DNA of 64,000 bases from Myxococcota bacterium. GTDB taxonomy: Bacteria; Myxococcota_A; UBA9160; UBA6930. Numbering within the stretch: position 1 is the stretch's first letter; the number at the start of each line of letters is the position of its first letter. Positions 36,983-46,795 of this stretch are shown here, piece after piece. Where the stretch lies: positions 3,808,001 through 3,872,000 of the forward strand of contig OZ245015.1 in the NCBI GenBank assembly GCA_965223705.1, given 5' to 3'. The notes under the pieces were generated by a model, which made no database searches, was not told the DNA's origin, and saw only the letters and a program-made list of their open reading frames with translations. The position numbers were made by a program, and so were the translations under genes.

Positions 36983-37128
36983 GGGGAACCCGAAGGATCA
37001 GTCCTTCGGCCGAGAGATGGGGTGTCTCCGGAGCGCCCGCGGTGAGCGGGCGGCGATTGTTGGGGGGCGATTTCCGCTCTGCTTCTTAAGGTGCTCCGGA
37101 GCACCCCGATCTCTTCCCATCGTTCCCC
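36983..37128 (+). ncRNA. highly structured intergenic RNA element between mraZ and rsmH
   Basis: Closing stem GGGGAAC/GTTCCCC, hairpin CCGAAGGA-tcag-TCCTTCGG, long stem 37013-37037 with 37090-37114. Confidence 0.55.
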
Positions 37129-37167
37129 GAAACCGCAGCAACGCCTAGGGCAATCGAGGTCGCTGCG

Positions 37168-38127
37168 TTGACCGGCAAGCGGAGCTACCACGAACCCGTT
37201 CTCCTCGAGGAGTGCCTCGACGTGTTAGCCCTACGACCCGGCGCACTCGTGGTCGACGGCACCTTGGGCGACGGCGGGCACGCCGAAGCGATTCTCGAGC
37301 GGACGGCTCCCGACGGACAACTCCTCGGACTCGACTGGGACGACGACGCACTGCGCATCGCCGGTGACCGGCTCGCGAGCTTTGGGGATCGCGTGATTCT
37401 GGTACGCGCGTCGTTCGCCGAACTCGAGCTCGTGCTGCGGGAGCAGCGCCTCGCCGGCGTCGATGCCCTGCTCCTCGACCTCGGCGTTTCGTCTCGCCAG
37501 CTCGATTCCGCGGAGCGGGGCTTTCGCTTTCGCGACGCGGACGTGCCGGTCGCCCTCGATATGAGAATGGACCGAAGTCGTGCGGAGAACGCCGCCGATC
37601 TCGTGGCGCGCGCCAGCGTCTCGGAGCTGGTTGACTGGTTTTCGCGCTACGGCGAGTTGCCCGGCTCGAAACGACTGGCACGCGCCCTGGTCGAAGCCCG
37701 AAAGACGGGCCCCATTCGCACCGCGGCCGACCTTCTCCGCGTGATCGAAGAGTCGGGGATCGGTCGCGGACGGAAGCACCATCCGGCGACGTTGGTTTTC
37801 CAGGCGCTGCGACTCGCCACGAACGAAGAACTCGACGCCCTGGCCCGTGTGCTCGACGCGGCCCCGCGCTGCCTGCACGCGGGCGGTCGTCTCGCGGTGA
37901 TCTCGTACCATTCGCTCGAAGACCGTCTCGTCAAGAACGCGCTGCGCGACGGCGAGCGTGGCTGCGTCTGCCCGCCGAAGATTCCCGTTTGTGTATGCGG
38001 ACGGGAACCCGTCTATCGGCGCCTGACGAAGCGCCCGGTGGCGCCGAGCGACGCGGAAATCGCACTCAACCCGAGAGCGCGTTCGGCGAAACTGCGCGCC
38101 GCCGTGCGCCTTCCGGAAGCGGCGTAG
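37168..38127 (+). CDS. rsmH: 16S rRNA C1402 N4-methyltransferase RsmH (MraW)
   Basis: HEPVLL, DGTLGDGGH, DLGVSS.QLD..ERGF, HPAT..FQALR, SYHSLED, NPRARSAKLR. Confidence 0.97.
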   Translation: MTGKRSYHEPVLLEECLDVLALRPGALVVDGTLGDGGHAEAILERTAPDGQLLGLDWDDDALRIAGDRLASFGDRVILVRASFAELELVLREQRLAGVDALLLDLGVSSRQLDSAERGFRFRDADVPVALDMRMDRSRAENAADLVARASVSELVDWFSRYGELPGSKRLARALVEARKTGPIRTAADLLRVIEESGIGRGRKHHPATLVFQALRLATNEELDALARVLDAAPRCLHAGGRLAVISYHSLEDRLVKNALRDGERGCVCPPKIPVCVCGREPVYRRLTKRPVAPSDAEIALNPRARSAKLRAAVRLPEAA

Positions 38128-38132
38128 GTCTC

Positions 38133-38489
38133 GTGGCAAAGGGCAACCGACGGAACCGTCGCTTCTCATTCCGGAGCTCCTCGGACGCGCGAAGAACGAA
38201 GGCGCGCGCACAGCTCCCCGTGCTCAGCCGGCGCGAGTGCATCGGCTGGGCACTCGTCGCGATCGGCGGGCTCTCTCTCGTGGGTCTTCGCATTCACGTG
38301 ATCCGCTTGCGCTACGCGCTCGGACGCGCCGCTCGGGAAGAACAATACTTGGCCACGCGCGAGCGAGGCGCCCGGGCCTCTCTCGCCGCCCTGCGCGACC
38401 CCAAGCGGCTTTCACGACTCGCACGCGAGCGTGGCTTCGCTCCGCCGGAGCGTATCCTGCGCGTCGGTGATCGGGACGCCGCTCCGTGA
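38133..38489 (+). CDS. ftsL: cell division protein FtsL-like
   Basis: Position between rsmH and ftsI; basic N terminus, one TM, coiled coil, LRDPKRL...ARERGF. Confidence 0.75.
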   Translation: MAKGNRRNRRFSFRSSSDARRTKARAQLPVLSRRECIGWALVAIGGLSLVGLRIHVIRLRYALGRAAREEQYLATRERGARASLAALRDPKRLSRLARERGFAPPERILRVGDRDAAP

Positions 38490-40309
38490 GGAAGCGCGAG
38501 AAAAGCTCCCGCGGCGATCGGCGAAAAGCAGACGGGGCAAAACGTCGGCGGCGGCGCGACGCCCCGCCCGAGAACCCGCGAAAGAGCCCCGAGCGCGATC
38601 CCATCGCACGATCGCGCGCGCGAATGCGGATCGCCTCGATCTTCCTGGCGGCGAGTTTTGTCGGTTTGGGGGCGCGAGCGACGCACCTGTCCCTGTTCGA
38701 GACCCGGAGTGCCGCGCGTAGCAAGGCCCAAGGCGTCGCGAGCATCGCGATTCCAGCCGCGCGAGGTTCCGTCTACGATCGCCACGGGGCCGCGCTGGTC
38801 GTGAGCGTGCGAGCGCCGTCGGTCTTCGCCCACCCCACCAGAATCAGCGACCCCGTCGCCGCGGCTCGCACACTCGCACCGCTCCTCAACCGGAGCCGGG
38901 AGGCGCTCGCGAAGCGCATGCGATCCCCCCACGGTTTCGTGTTTCTCTCGCGCTGGGTTTCCGAGGACACCGCACAACGCGTCGCGGAAGCGGGGATCCC
39001 TGGGATCGGCGTGACGGACGAACCGCGGCGTCGTTATCCGCTCGGTGAACTCGCTGCACAGGTCTTGGGGTTCTCGAATATCGACGGCGAAGGGGTCCGA
39101 GGCGTCGAACGTTTCGAAGATCACTGGCTGCGCGGCGAACGTCACACGGTCGCCGTCGAACGGGACGCGAAGCGACGCGCTCTCGCGCCGGGAAGGCTCG
39201 CCCCGGAACTCGGAATGGGTGGCGACATCGCGTTGACGCTCGACGCCGGCACGCAGGCCCACGTCGAACGCTCTCTCGAACGCGTGGTCCGCGAAACCGG
39301 GTCCCGCGGCGGCATCGCTTTGCTGATCGACCCTCGCAGCGGCGACATCCTGGCGCTCGCCGAGCGGCCGACCTTCAACCCCAACCGCTTTCGAGACGTT
39401 CCGTTCCGGGAGACTCGCGCGCAATCCTGGAGCGACGCTTTGGAACCCGGTTCGACGCTCAAACCCTTCCTCGTCGCCGCGGCGATGGAGAACGGCGCGA
39501 TCTCTCGCGAGAGCGAAATCGATTGTGGGAGAGGGAGCTTCTCTCTTCCCGGCAAAACACTGCGCGACGCGCGCGCGTTCGGAGTCATTTCGATCGCGGA
39601 CGTGTTGCGGTTCTCGAGCAACATCGGCGCTGCGAAGATCGGCTTCGCGCTCGGAGCGGAACGTCACTACGCAGCGCTGCGAGCGTTCGGCTTCGGCGAG
39701 AAGACGGGCAGCGGTTTCCCGGGCGAGTCCGCCGGCCTGTTGCGGGACTGGCGCAATTGGCGCGAGGTGGATCACGCGACGATTTCGTTCGGGCACGGCG
39801 TCAGTGTGACCGTCCTGCAGCTCGCTAGCGCCATGGGCGCCCTCGCCCACGAAGGCGTCTGGCGCGAACCGCGCATCGTCTCCGCGCGGAAACGGGATCG
39901 CGGATCATGGGAAGCCGACCCGCCGGGCGTCACGCGGCGCAGCACGAGCCGCAGCACCGCCGCGGCCGTGAGCGCCATGCTGGAGACCGCGGTAGAACCG
40001 GGCGGCACGGGCGCACGCGCCGCCGTTGCGGGCGCGCGAGTCGCCGGCAAGACCGGCACGGCGCAGAAGTTCGACGCGCAGCTCGGCCGCTACGCGAACG
40101 ATCGGCATCTCGCATGGTTCGCGGGTTCGGCGAAGATGGGCGACCACCACTTTGTCGGTGTCGTGATGCTTGACGAACCGAGAGGTCAAGCCAACACCGG
40201 CGGGGCCGTGGCCGCACCGCTCTTCGCCGAAATCATCGAAGGCGAACTTCTGCGACGCGGCTTTGCCGCGATGCCGGTTTCGGATCGTGCGGCCGGAGAC
40301 GCCGGCTAG
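38486..40309 (+). CDS. ftsI: peptidoglycan D,D-transpeptidase FtsI (PBP3)
   Basis: RGSVYDR, RRYP, STLK (SxxK), SSN (SxN), KTG motifs. Confidence 0.93.
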   Translation: MRKREKSSRGDRRKADGAKRRRRRDAPPENPRKSPERDPIARSRARMRIASIFLAASFVGLGARATHLSLFETRSAARSKAQGVASIAIPAARGSVYDRHGAALVVSVRAPSVFAHPTRISDPVAAARTLAPLLNRSREALAKRMRSPHGFVFLSRWVSEDTAQRVAEAGIPGIGVTDEPRRRYPLGELAAQVLGFSNIDGEGVRGVERFEDHWLRGERHTVAVERDAKRRALAPGRLAPELGMGGDIALTLDAGTQAHVERSLERVVRETGSRGGIALLIDPRSGDILALAERPTFNPNRFRDVPFRETRAQSWSDALEPGSTLKPFLVAAAMENGAISRESEIDCGRGSFSLPGKTLRDARAFGVISIADVLRFSSNIGAAKIGFALGAERHYAALRAFGFGEKTGSGFPGESAGLLRDWRNWREVDHATISFGHGVSVTVLQLASAMGALAHEGVWREPRIVSARKRDRGSWEADPPGVTRRSTSRSTAAAVSAMLETAVEPGGTGARAAVAGARVAGKTGTAQKFDAQLGRYANDRHLAWFAGSAKMGDHHFVGVVMLDEPRGQANTGGAVAAPLFAEIIEGELLRRGFAAMPVSDRAAGDAG

Positions 40310-41844
40310 TGCGGCTTGCGGAACTGATCTCCGCCCTGCCCGACCGCGTTTCCGCGCAATGGATCGGAGAGCCGGCGCCCGAGACCCATGTTCGAGGCTT
40401 GTCCTACGACTCGCGACAAGTCGCTCCCGGGGATCTGTTCGTCGCTCTTCGCGGATCGGGCACCGACGGCCATCGGTTTATCGACCACGCGATCGCGAGC
40501 GGTGCCGCAGCGGTGTGGCTCGAATCCGCCGATGCGGCGAAGAGCGACGTACCCTGCGTCGTCGTCTCCGACAGCCGAGCGGCACTCGCGCACATTGCTG
40601 CGCCTTTCTTCGGCTATCCCGCACGAGAACTCGCACTGCTCGGCGTCACGGGAACGAACGGCAAAACCAGCACATGCACGCTGGTCGAATCCATCCTCGA
40701 GCGCGCGGGGCATGAAACGGGCCTCATCGGAACCGTCGAGATTCGCTACGCAGACGAGCGGATCCGCAGCATCAACACGACACCGGAGAGCCTCGACCTC
40801 CAGCGCACGTTGCGATCCATGCGAACGGCGAGCGTCGAGGTCGTCGCGATGGAAGTCTCGTCACACGGCTTGGTGCTGGGCCGTGTCACGGGCTGCGTGT
40901 TCCGCGTCGCCGCCGTCTCGAACGTCACGCAAGATCACCTCGACTTCCACGGCGACATGGAGACGTACGTCGCGGCGAAACTCCTGTTGTTCAGCGACTA
41001 CTTGGCACCGGATGGTTGGGCCGTCATCAACGCGGACGACCCCAGCGAGCAGCGCTTCGTCGGAGCGGCGCGCGAGCGGGGAGCGCGCGTTCTACGCGTG
41101 TCGGCGAGGGGTCGAGACGACGCCGACCTGCGGGTCGAGCGCGCCGAACACAGCATCGAGCGGACTCTGCTTCGCATCGCGACGCCGAGCGGTCCTCTCG
41201 AAACGTCTCTCCCGTTGATCGGCGCGCTCAACGTCGACAACGCCGTGCTCGCCGCGGGAATCGCGACGGCGTACGGTGTTCCCAATGCGGCGATCGCAAC
41301 GGGACTATCGCAATGCCCGCAGGTTCCCGGCCGGGTCGAGCGCTTGAGCTCATCCTCGGATGCGACCCATGTTTTCGTCGACTACGCGCACACACCGGAC
41401 GCGCTGTCCAAACTGCTCCGAACGTTGCGTCCGCTCACGAGCGGCCGGCTGGTGGTCGTCTTCGGTTGCGGCGGCGACCGCGATCGCGGAAAGCGCCCGT
41501 TGATGGCGGAAGCGGTCTCCGAACACGCCGACTTGGCGATCGCGACCAGCGACAACCCGCGCACCGAAGATCCGGAGCGAATCCTCGACGATATGGCGGC
41601 TGGGCTGGCCTCACTCCCCGACATTCCCGCCGCGGATCTCCGGACCGCCAAGCGCGGGGCCGTGCGGGTTGTCGATCGACGAACCGCGATCCAGCTCGCG
41701 ATCGATGCCGGAGGGCGCGGCGACACGATCGTGCTGGCCGGAAAGGGGCACGAGGACTACCAGATCATCGGAAACGAGCGGCTGCCGTTCGACGATCGCG
41801 ACGAAGCTCGTAAGGCTCTGCGGAAGGAGCGATCGCGTGAGTGA
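40309..41844 (+). CDS. murE: UDP-MurNAc-L-Ala-D-Glu:meso-DAP ligase
   Basis: TGTNGKT, MEVSSH, DHLDFH, DYAHTPD, DNPR (DAP-specific), AGKGHE. Confidence 0.96.
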   Translation: MRLAELISALPDRVSAQWIGEPAPETHVRGLSYDSRQVAPGDLFVALRGSGTDGHRFIDHAIASGAAAVWLESADAAKSDVPCVVVSDSRAALAHIAAPFFGYPARELALLGVTGTNGKTSTCTLVESILERAGHETGLIGTVEIRYADERIRSINTTPESLDLQRTLRSMRTASVEVVAMEVSSHGLVLGRVTGCVFRVAAVSNVTQDHLDFHGDMETYVAAKLLLFSDYLAPDGWAVINADDPSEQRFVGAARERGARVLRVSARGRDDADLRVERAEHSIERTLLRIATPSGPLETSLPLIGALNVDNAVLAAGIATAYGVPNAAIATGLSQCPQVPGRVERLSSSSDATHVFVDYAHTPDALSKLLRTLRPLTSGRLVVVFGCGGDRDRGKRPLMAEAVSEHADLAIATSDNPRTEDPERILDDMAAGLASLPDIPAADLRTAKRGAVRVVDRRTAIQLAIDAGGRGDTIVLAGKGHEDYQIIGNERLPFDDRDEARKALRKERSRE

Positions 41845-43234
41845 AGCCTTCGATCTCGCTGATGTGCTGCAGTGGTGTGGCGGCAAGACCAAGCCTGGGG
41901 CGCCCACCGTGCGCGTGACCGGCGTCTCGATCGACTCCAGGACGACTTCGCCGGGCGACCTGTTCGTCGCCGTGCGCGGCGAGAGCTTGGACGGACACCG
42001 GTTTGTGGCAGCTGCTGCGGAACAAGGCGCATTGGCCGCGGTTGTAGATGATGAAACCGCCATCGATGGAGTCCCCGAGTCGCTACCGATCGTCGTGGTC
42101 GAAGACTCGACGCGAGCGTTGGGCGCTTTGGCCCACGGTCATCGATTGCGGTTTGACGGCCCGCTGGTCGCGATTACCGGAAGCAACGGAAAGACCACGA
42201 CCAAAGAAATGACCGCTGCGGTTCTCGCGATTCGCGGTGCCTGCCTGAAGACCCAGGGAAACCTCAACAACCAGTTCGGCCTCCCGTTGACACTCCTTTC
42301 CCGCGAGTCGTCGCACGAGAACGCGGTGGTCGAGATCGGCATGAACCACCGCGGCGAGATCGCGCCGCTGGCCGCTATCGCCGCGCCCACCGTCGGCGTC
42401 ATCACGAACGTCGGAACGGCCCACATCGAGTTCCTGGGGAGCCAAGACGAAATCGCCCTCGAGAAAGGTGATCTCGTCGCGGGACTTCCGAAAACCGCCA
42501 CCGCCGTGCTGAATGCCGACGACCCGCGCGTGATCGCACAGGCCGAACGGTGTGAAGCACACATTCTCTCTTTCGGGCTGTCTTCCGAAGCCGCGGTCCG
42601 CGGCGAACGCGTGACACCCCTCGGCGAGCAGGGTTTTGCGTTCGATGTCGCGTTCGGCGGAGAGCGTTGCGCCGTTCACGTGCGCGGCCTCGGTGAAACC
42701 ACGGTCATCAATGCCCTCGCCGCAGCCGCCGCCGGAATCGCGACCGGCATGCCGCTCCGCGACGTCGCCAACGGATTGGCGCGCTATGAACCCGTCGGGG
42801 GCCGCATGGAAAAAGTGACGCTCCCGCGGAATATCATCGTCATCAACGACACGTACAACGCCAACCCTCAGTCGACGGCCGTTGCGCTTCGCAGTCTGTC
42901 GCGCCTCAAAGGCGCGTCGCGGGGGATCGCGGTGCTCGGCGACATGGGAGAGCTCGGAGAAACTGCGCAGAGTGGCCATCGCGGCAACGGCCGACTCGTC
43001 GCCGAGCTCGGACTCGACTATCTGTTTGCGCTCGGCAAATGGGCGGACGAAACGGCACAAGCGGCCCGCGAGGGAGGCATGGACCCGGGGCGCATCGTCG
43101 TCGCGCGGGATCACGGCGAGCTCTTCGAGGCCATCCGCAACGTTCTTCAAGGAGATGACTGGGTACTGGTCAAGGGGTCGCGCGCGATGCAGATGGAAAC
43201 AGTCGTCGAACGTCTCGCCGGTGAGATCGGCTAG
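41837..43234 (+). CDS. murF: UDP-MurNAc-tripeptide:D-Ala-D-Ala ligase
   Basis: TGSNGKTTTKE, EIGMNH, NDTYNANP, LGDMGELG, VKGSR. Confidence 0.96.
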   Translation: MSEAFDLADVLQWCGGKTKPGAPTVRVTGVSIDSRTTSPGDLFVAVRGESLDGHRFVAAAAEQGALAAVVDDETAIDGVPESLPIVVVEDSTRALGALAHGHRLRFDGPLVAITGSNGKTTTKEMTAAVLAIRGACLKTQGNLNNQFGLPLTLLSRESSHENAVVEIGMNHRGEIAPLAAIAAPTVGVITNVGTAHIEFLGSQDEIALEKGDLVAGLPKTATAVLNADDPRVIAQAERCEAHILSFGLSSEAAVRGERVTPLGEQGFAFDVAFGGERCAVHVRGLGETTVINALAAAAAGIATGMPLRDVANGLARYEPVGGRMEKVTLPRNIIVINDTYNANPQSTAVALRSLSRLKGASRGIAVLGDMGELGETAQSGHRGNGRLVAELGLDYLFALGKWADETAQAAREGGMDPGRIVVARDHGELFEAIRNVLQGDDWVLVKGSRAMQMETVVERLAGEIG

Positions 43235-44307
43235 TGCTCTACCACCTGCTCGCTCCGCTCGGCGAAGAGTACGCGCTGTTCAACGTGTTCCGCTACATCA
43301 CGTTTCGGACCGCGGCCGCGACGTTGACGGCCCTCTTCTTGTCTCTCATCGTCGGTCCGCCCCTGATCCGCGCGCTGTCGCGGCTGCGCGTCGGGCAACC
43401 CATTCGCGAAATCGGCCCCGACCATCAATCCAAAGCGGGCACCCCCACCATGGGCGGGCTGCTCATTCTGTTGTCGTTGGTGGTCTCGGTTTTGCTGTGG
43501 GCGAACCTGACGAATCGCGCTGTCTGGATCGTCTTGAGCCTGACCGTCGGCTACGGCGTCTTGGGATTCATCGACGACTACCGAAAAGTCCGCGAGCGCC
43601 ACAGTGCCGGCATCAAGGCGCGGACGAAACTCTTCTGGCAGTTTCTCCTGGCGACGGCCGTCGCGTGGCTGATCTATACCGATCCGAGTTTTGACAAAGA
43701 GCTCGCCGTCCCTTTCTTCAAAGATTTCACGCCGAACCTCGGCTGGGGCTACGTGCCACTCGCCGCACTGGTCATCGTCGCGGCGAGCAATGCCGTCAAC
43801 ATCACCGACGGACTCGACGGACTCGCGATCGGCCCGGTGATGATCGCCGCGGGAACGTTTTTGATCCTCGCTTACGCTGCGGGGCACGCGGGCATCGCGG
43901 ACTACCTGGCCATCAAACACGTGCCCGGAAGTGGACAACTGGCCATTTTGTGCGGGGCACTCGTGGGCGGAGGGCTGGGCTTCCTCTGGTTCAACACGTA
44001 CCCAGCGCAACTGTTCATGGGCGACGTGGGCTCCCTCGCGCTCGGCGGTGCCTTGGGCGCTATGGCCGTGGTCATTCGCCAAGAGATCCTGCTCGCCGTG
44101 GTCGGCGGCATCTTCGTCGCGGAGACGTTGTCCGTCATGATCCAGGTCGCGTCCTTCAAGCTCACAGGTCGTCGCGTTTTTCTCATGGCGCCGATTCACC
44201 ATCACTTTGAGAAACTCGGCTGGGCGGAGCAAAAGATCGTGGTCCGCTTCTGGATCATCTCCGCGATCCTCGCCCTGGTCGCGCTCTCGTCTCTCAAGCT
44301 GCGCTAA
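43234..44307 (+). CDS. mraY: phospho-N-acetylmuramoyl-pentapeptide transferase
   Basis: KAGTPTMGG, GFIDDY, NAVNITDGLDGL, FMGDVGS, MAPIHHHFE. Confidence 0.98.
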   Translation: MLYHLLAPLGEEYALFNVFRYITFRTAAATLTALFLSLIVGPPLIRALSRLRVGQPIREIGPDHQSKAGTPTMGGLLILLSLVVSVLLWANLTNRAVWIVLSLTVGYGVLGFIDDYRKVRERHSAGIKARTKLFWQFLLATAVAWLIYTDPSFDKELAVPFFKDFTPNLGWGYVPLAALVIVAASNAVNITDGLDGLAIGPVMIAAGTFLILAYAAGHAGIADYLAIKHVPGSGQLAILCGALVGGGLGFLWFNTYPAQLFMGDVGSLALGGALGAMAVVIRQEILLAVVGGIFVAETLSVMIQVASFKLTGRRVFLMAPIHHHFEKLGWAEQKIVVRFWIISAILALVALSSLKLR

Positions 44308-45620
44308 TGGGCGAACCCGACCTGGCGGGGAAGCGCATCCTCGTGCTCGGTCTGGGGGCTTCGGGACGTTCAGCGGCGACGTTCTGTGCGGAGCGCGGCG
44401 CCACCGTGGTGGTGGCCGACGAGCGGAAGACCGTCTCGGTTCCCGAGTTCCCGCGGTCGGTGTCCGTGGTCCTGGGATCGATTCCCGCGCGCGAGGAGTT
44501 CGACATCGTGGTGCCGAGCCCGGGAATCCCACCCGCCCGCTACGCGGGCGCGACCGGTCCCGTCTGGGGAGATGTCGAGCTCGCGTTCCAGGCGCTTCGC
44601 GTTCCGGTGATCGCCGTCACAGGAACGAATGGCAAATCGACGACTGTCTTACTTCTCGAGGCGCTGCTTCGTGAGCTTGGCTTTCGCGTGCGAGCGGCGG
44701 GCAACCTAGGCGTACCGGCCCTTTCCCTCGTGGGTGAAGCACTCGACGTCGCGGTGCTCGAGGTGTCGTCGTTCCAGCTGGAAACCACGGAAACCTTTCG
44801 CCCCAAGGTCGGTGTGCTGTTGAACTTCTCGCCGGATCATCTCGACCGTCACGGAAGCCTCGACGCCTATGCAGCGGCGAAAGCACGGATCTTCGCCGCC
44901 CAGGGTCCCGACGACTTCGCCGTGGTCAACGGCGACGACCCCCGCTGTGTCGAGATCGCCCGCTCCGGATCGGCGCAGCGGCTTCGTTTTACCCGAGCCG
45001 ACTCCGCGGCCGACGCGTGGTGGGACGGCGACGTCGCGTGCCTGCGCACTGCGGCGGGCGTGGTGCGCATCCCGCTCAGCGCAGAGGACACGAGCCGGAC
45101 ACCCCGCCAGAATCTCCTGGCCGCACTTCTGTGCCTCGGAGCCAACGGCTGCGATCCCGCGGCAGCGATCTCCGCGCTCCCGGCGTTCGAGCCGCCTCCG
45201 CATCGCCTACAGCGCGTGGGAAGGCCGAACGGGGTGCTCTTCGTCGACGACTCCAAGGCGACAAACCCGGCGGCGGCAGCGGCGGCCCTGGAAGCTCTCC
45301 CGGGACCACTGGTGTGGATCGCCGGCGGGCGCGACAAGGGGCTGCCTTTCGCCGACCTGATGCGCGTGGCGAGCCAGCGCGTTCGGCACGCGGTGTTTTA
45401 CGGCGAAGCGGGGCCGTCGCTCCTCGGCGCGGCCTCCGCGCTCACCGCGGAATTCGAGTCATTGTTTCGAGACGCGGTGCTCCGGGCCTACGCGGCGGCC
45501 GAGCCCGGCGACACACTTTTGCTCGCACCGGCTTGCGCGAGCTTCGATCAGTTCGCGAGCTTTGAGGATCGCGGAGACGCGTTCCACGCGTTGGCCCGGG
45601 AACTGGAGAGCTCGAGTTGA
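44307..45620 (+). CDS. murD: UDP-MurNAc-L-Ala:D-Glu ligase
   Basis: GLGASG, TGTNGKST, EVSSFQL, DHLDRH, DDSKATN, PACASFDQF. Confidence 0.95.
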   Translation: MGEPDLAGKRILVLGLGASGRSAATFCAERGATVVVADERKTVSVPEFPRSVSVVLGSIPAREEFDIVVPSPGIPPARYAGATGPVWGDVELAFQALRVPVIAVTGTNGKSTTVLLLEALLRELGFRVRAAGNLGVPALSLVGEALDVAVLEVSSFQLETTETFRPKVGVLLNFSPDHLDRHGSLDAYAAAKARIFAAQGPDDFAVVNGDDPRCVEIARSGSAQRLRFTRADSAADAWWDGDVACLRTAAGVVRIPLSAEDTSRTPRQNLLAALLCLGANGCDPAAAISALPAFEPPPHRLQRVGRPNGVLFVDDSKATNPAAAAAALEALPGPLVWIAGGRDKGLPFADLMRVASQRVRHAVFYGEAGPSLLGAASALTAEFESLFRDAVLRAYAAAEPGDTLLLAPACASFDQFASFEDRGDAFHALARELESSS

Positions 45621-46795
45621 GTGCCGGTGTCGCGACTTCCTATGCCCAACGAGGGGCGAGCACAACACTGCTCGGTGCCACTCTGTTACTGCTCGGCCTG
45701 GGAAGCATCATGGTCTACAGCACCACGGCGCCCCTCTCCCTCGGCGATTTCATCCCGCCGCACCTCGCGCGCCACGGTCTGGGTCTGATTCTCGGCGTCG
45801 CTGCCGCCTGGATGTTGTCGCACGTCCCGCACCGCCTCCTTCGATACGCGGCTCCCGTCCTGTTCGTCGCCACCCTCGCGGCGCTCGCCGTCGTCCCTTT
45901 CATCGGCATTCGGGTGAACGGCGCCCAGCGTTGGCTCTCTCTACCCGGCGTCGGTGTCTTCCAGCCGGGAGAGCTCTCCAAATTCGCAACGGTGCTGTGG
46001 GTCGCGGTCCTCGCTTCCTACCGAGGAGGCTCCGCATCGACCAAGCGCTCCCGGGAGGACGCGACCCCGCGAATCACGCGCCAGAACGTGATTCTGTGTC
46101 TCTCCGCGGGTGCCCTCCCGGCGGGTCTGTTGGTGCTGCAACCCGATTTCGGTAACGCCGCTCTGCTTCTGATGCTCGTGCTTCTCCTGCTCTTCACGGC
46201 CGGCGCGCCGCTCCGGTGGCTCGCTTTGCCAAGCGCAGTCGGCACGGCCCTCGGCGCCCTGTTCGTGCTGCTCCACCCCTACGCGCTGCGCCGCTGGGTC
46301 GGGTTCATGGACCCCTGGGCGGCGCCCAGCAACGAGGGCTTTCAGCTCGTACAGTCGTTTGTCGCGTTCGCCCGAGGCGGCTCCTTGGGCGTCGGTTTGG
46401 GTTACGGCCGGCAGAAACTCCATTACCTGCCCGAAGCGCACACCGACTTCGTCTTGTCCGTCGTCGCGGAAGAACTCGGGTTGGCGGGCGTGGCCTTGGT
46501 CCTCATCGCGTTCGCCGTGCTCTTCGGAGCGGGACTGCGGATCGCGCTCAAAGCGAATACGCGCTTCGCTTCGCTGCTGGCCTTCGGCATGACGCTCCTC
46601 GTCGTGGTGCCGGCGTTGGTCAACGCGGCCGTCGTGATGGGCGTTCTTCCCACCAAGGGATTGTCGTTGCCGTTTCTTTCCTACGGTCGGAGCTCTCTCA
46701 TCGTGAGCTGCGCGGCGATCGGGATCGTCTGGGGCGTAGCTCGGGCGAACACAGCGAGCGGGGGCCGGCGCGCCGGCGCTTCGGGCGCTTCGTGA
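45617..46795 (+). CDS. ftsW: SEDS peptidoglycan glycosyltransferase FtsW
   Basis: NGAQRW, FQPGELSK, QPDFG, YLPEAHTDF, PTKGLSLPFLSYG. Confidence 0.95.
   Translation: MSAGVATSYAQRGASTTLLGATLLLLGLGSIMVYSTTAPLSLGDFIPPHLARHGLGLILGVAAAWMLSHVPHRLLRYAAPVLFVATLAALAVVPFIGIRVNGAQRWLSLPGVGVFQPGELSKFATVLWVAVLASYRGGSASTKRSREDATPRITRQNVILCLSAGALPAGLLVLQPDFGNAALLLMLVLLLLFTAGAPLRWLALPSAVGTALGALFVLLHPYALRRWVGFMDPWAAPSNEGFQLVQSFVAFARGGSLGVGLGYGRQKLHYLPEAHTDFVLSVVAEELGLAGVALVLIAFAVLFGAGLRIALKANTRFASLLAFGMTLLVVVPALVNAAVVMGVLPTKGLSLPFLSYGRSSLIVSCAAIGIVWGVARANTASGGRRAGASGAS

Noticed and set aside
36983..37128. SRP RNA, 6S RNA or tRNA identity for the structured spacer
   Set aside because: No SRP helix-8 GNRA/AGCAG motif, no tRNA T-loop or cloverleaf, and the branched fold does not fit a simple 6S rod; left as unassigned.
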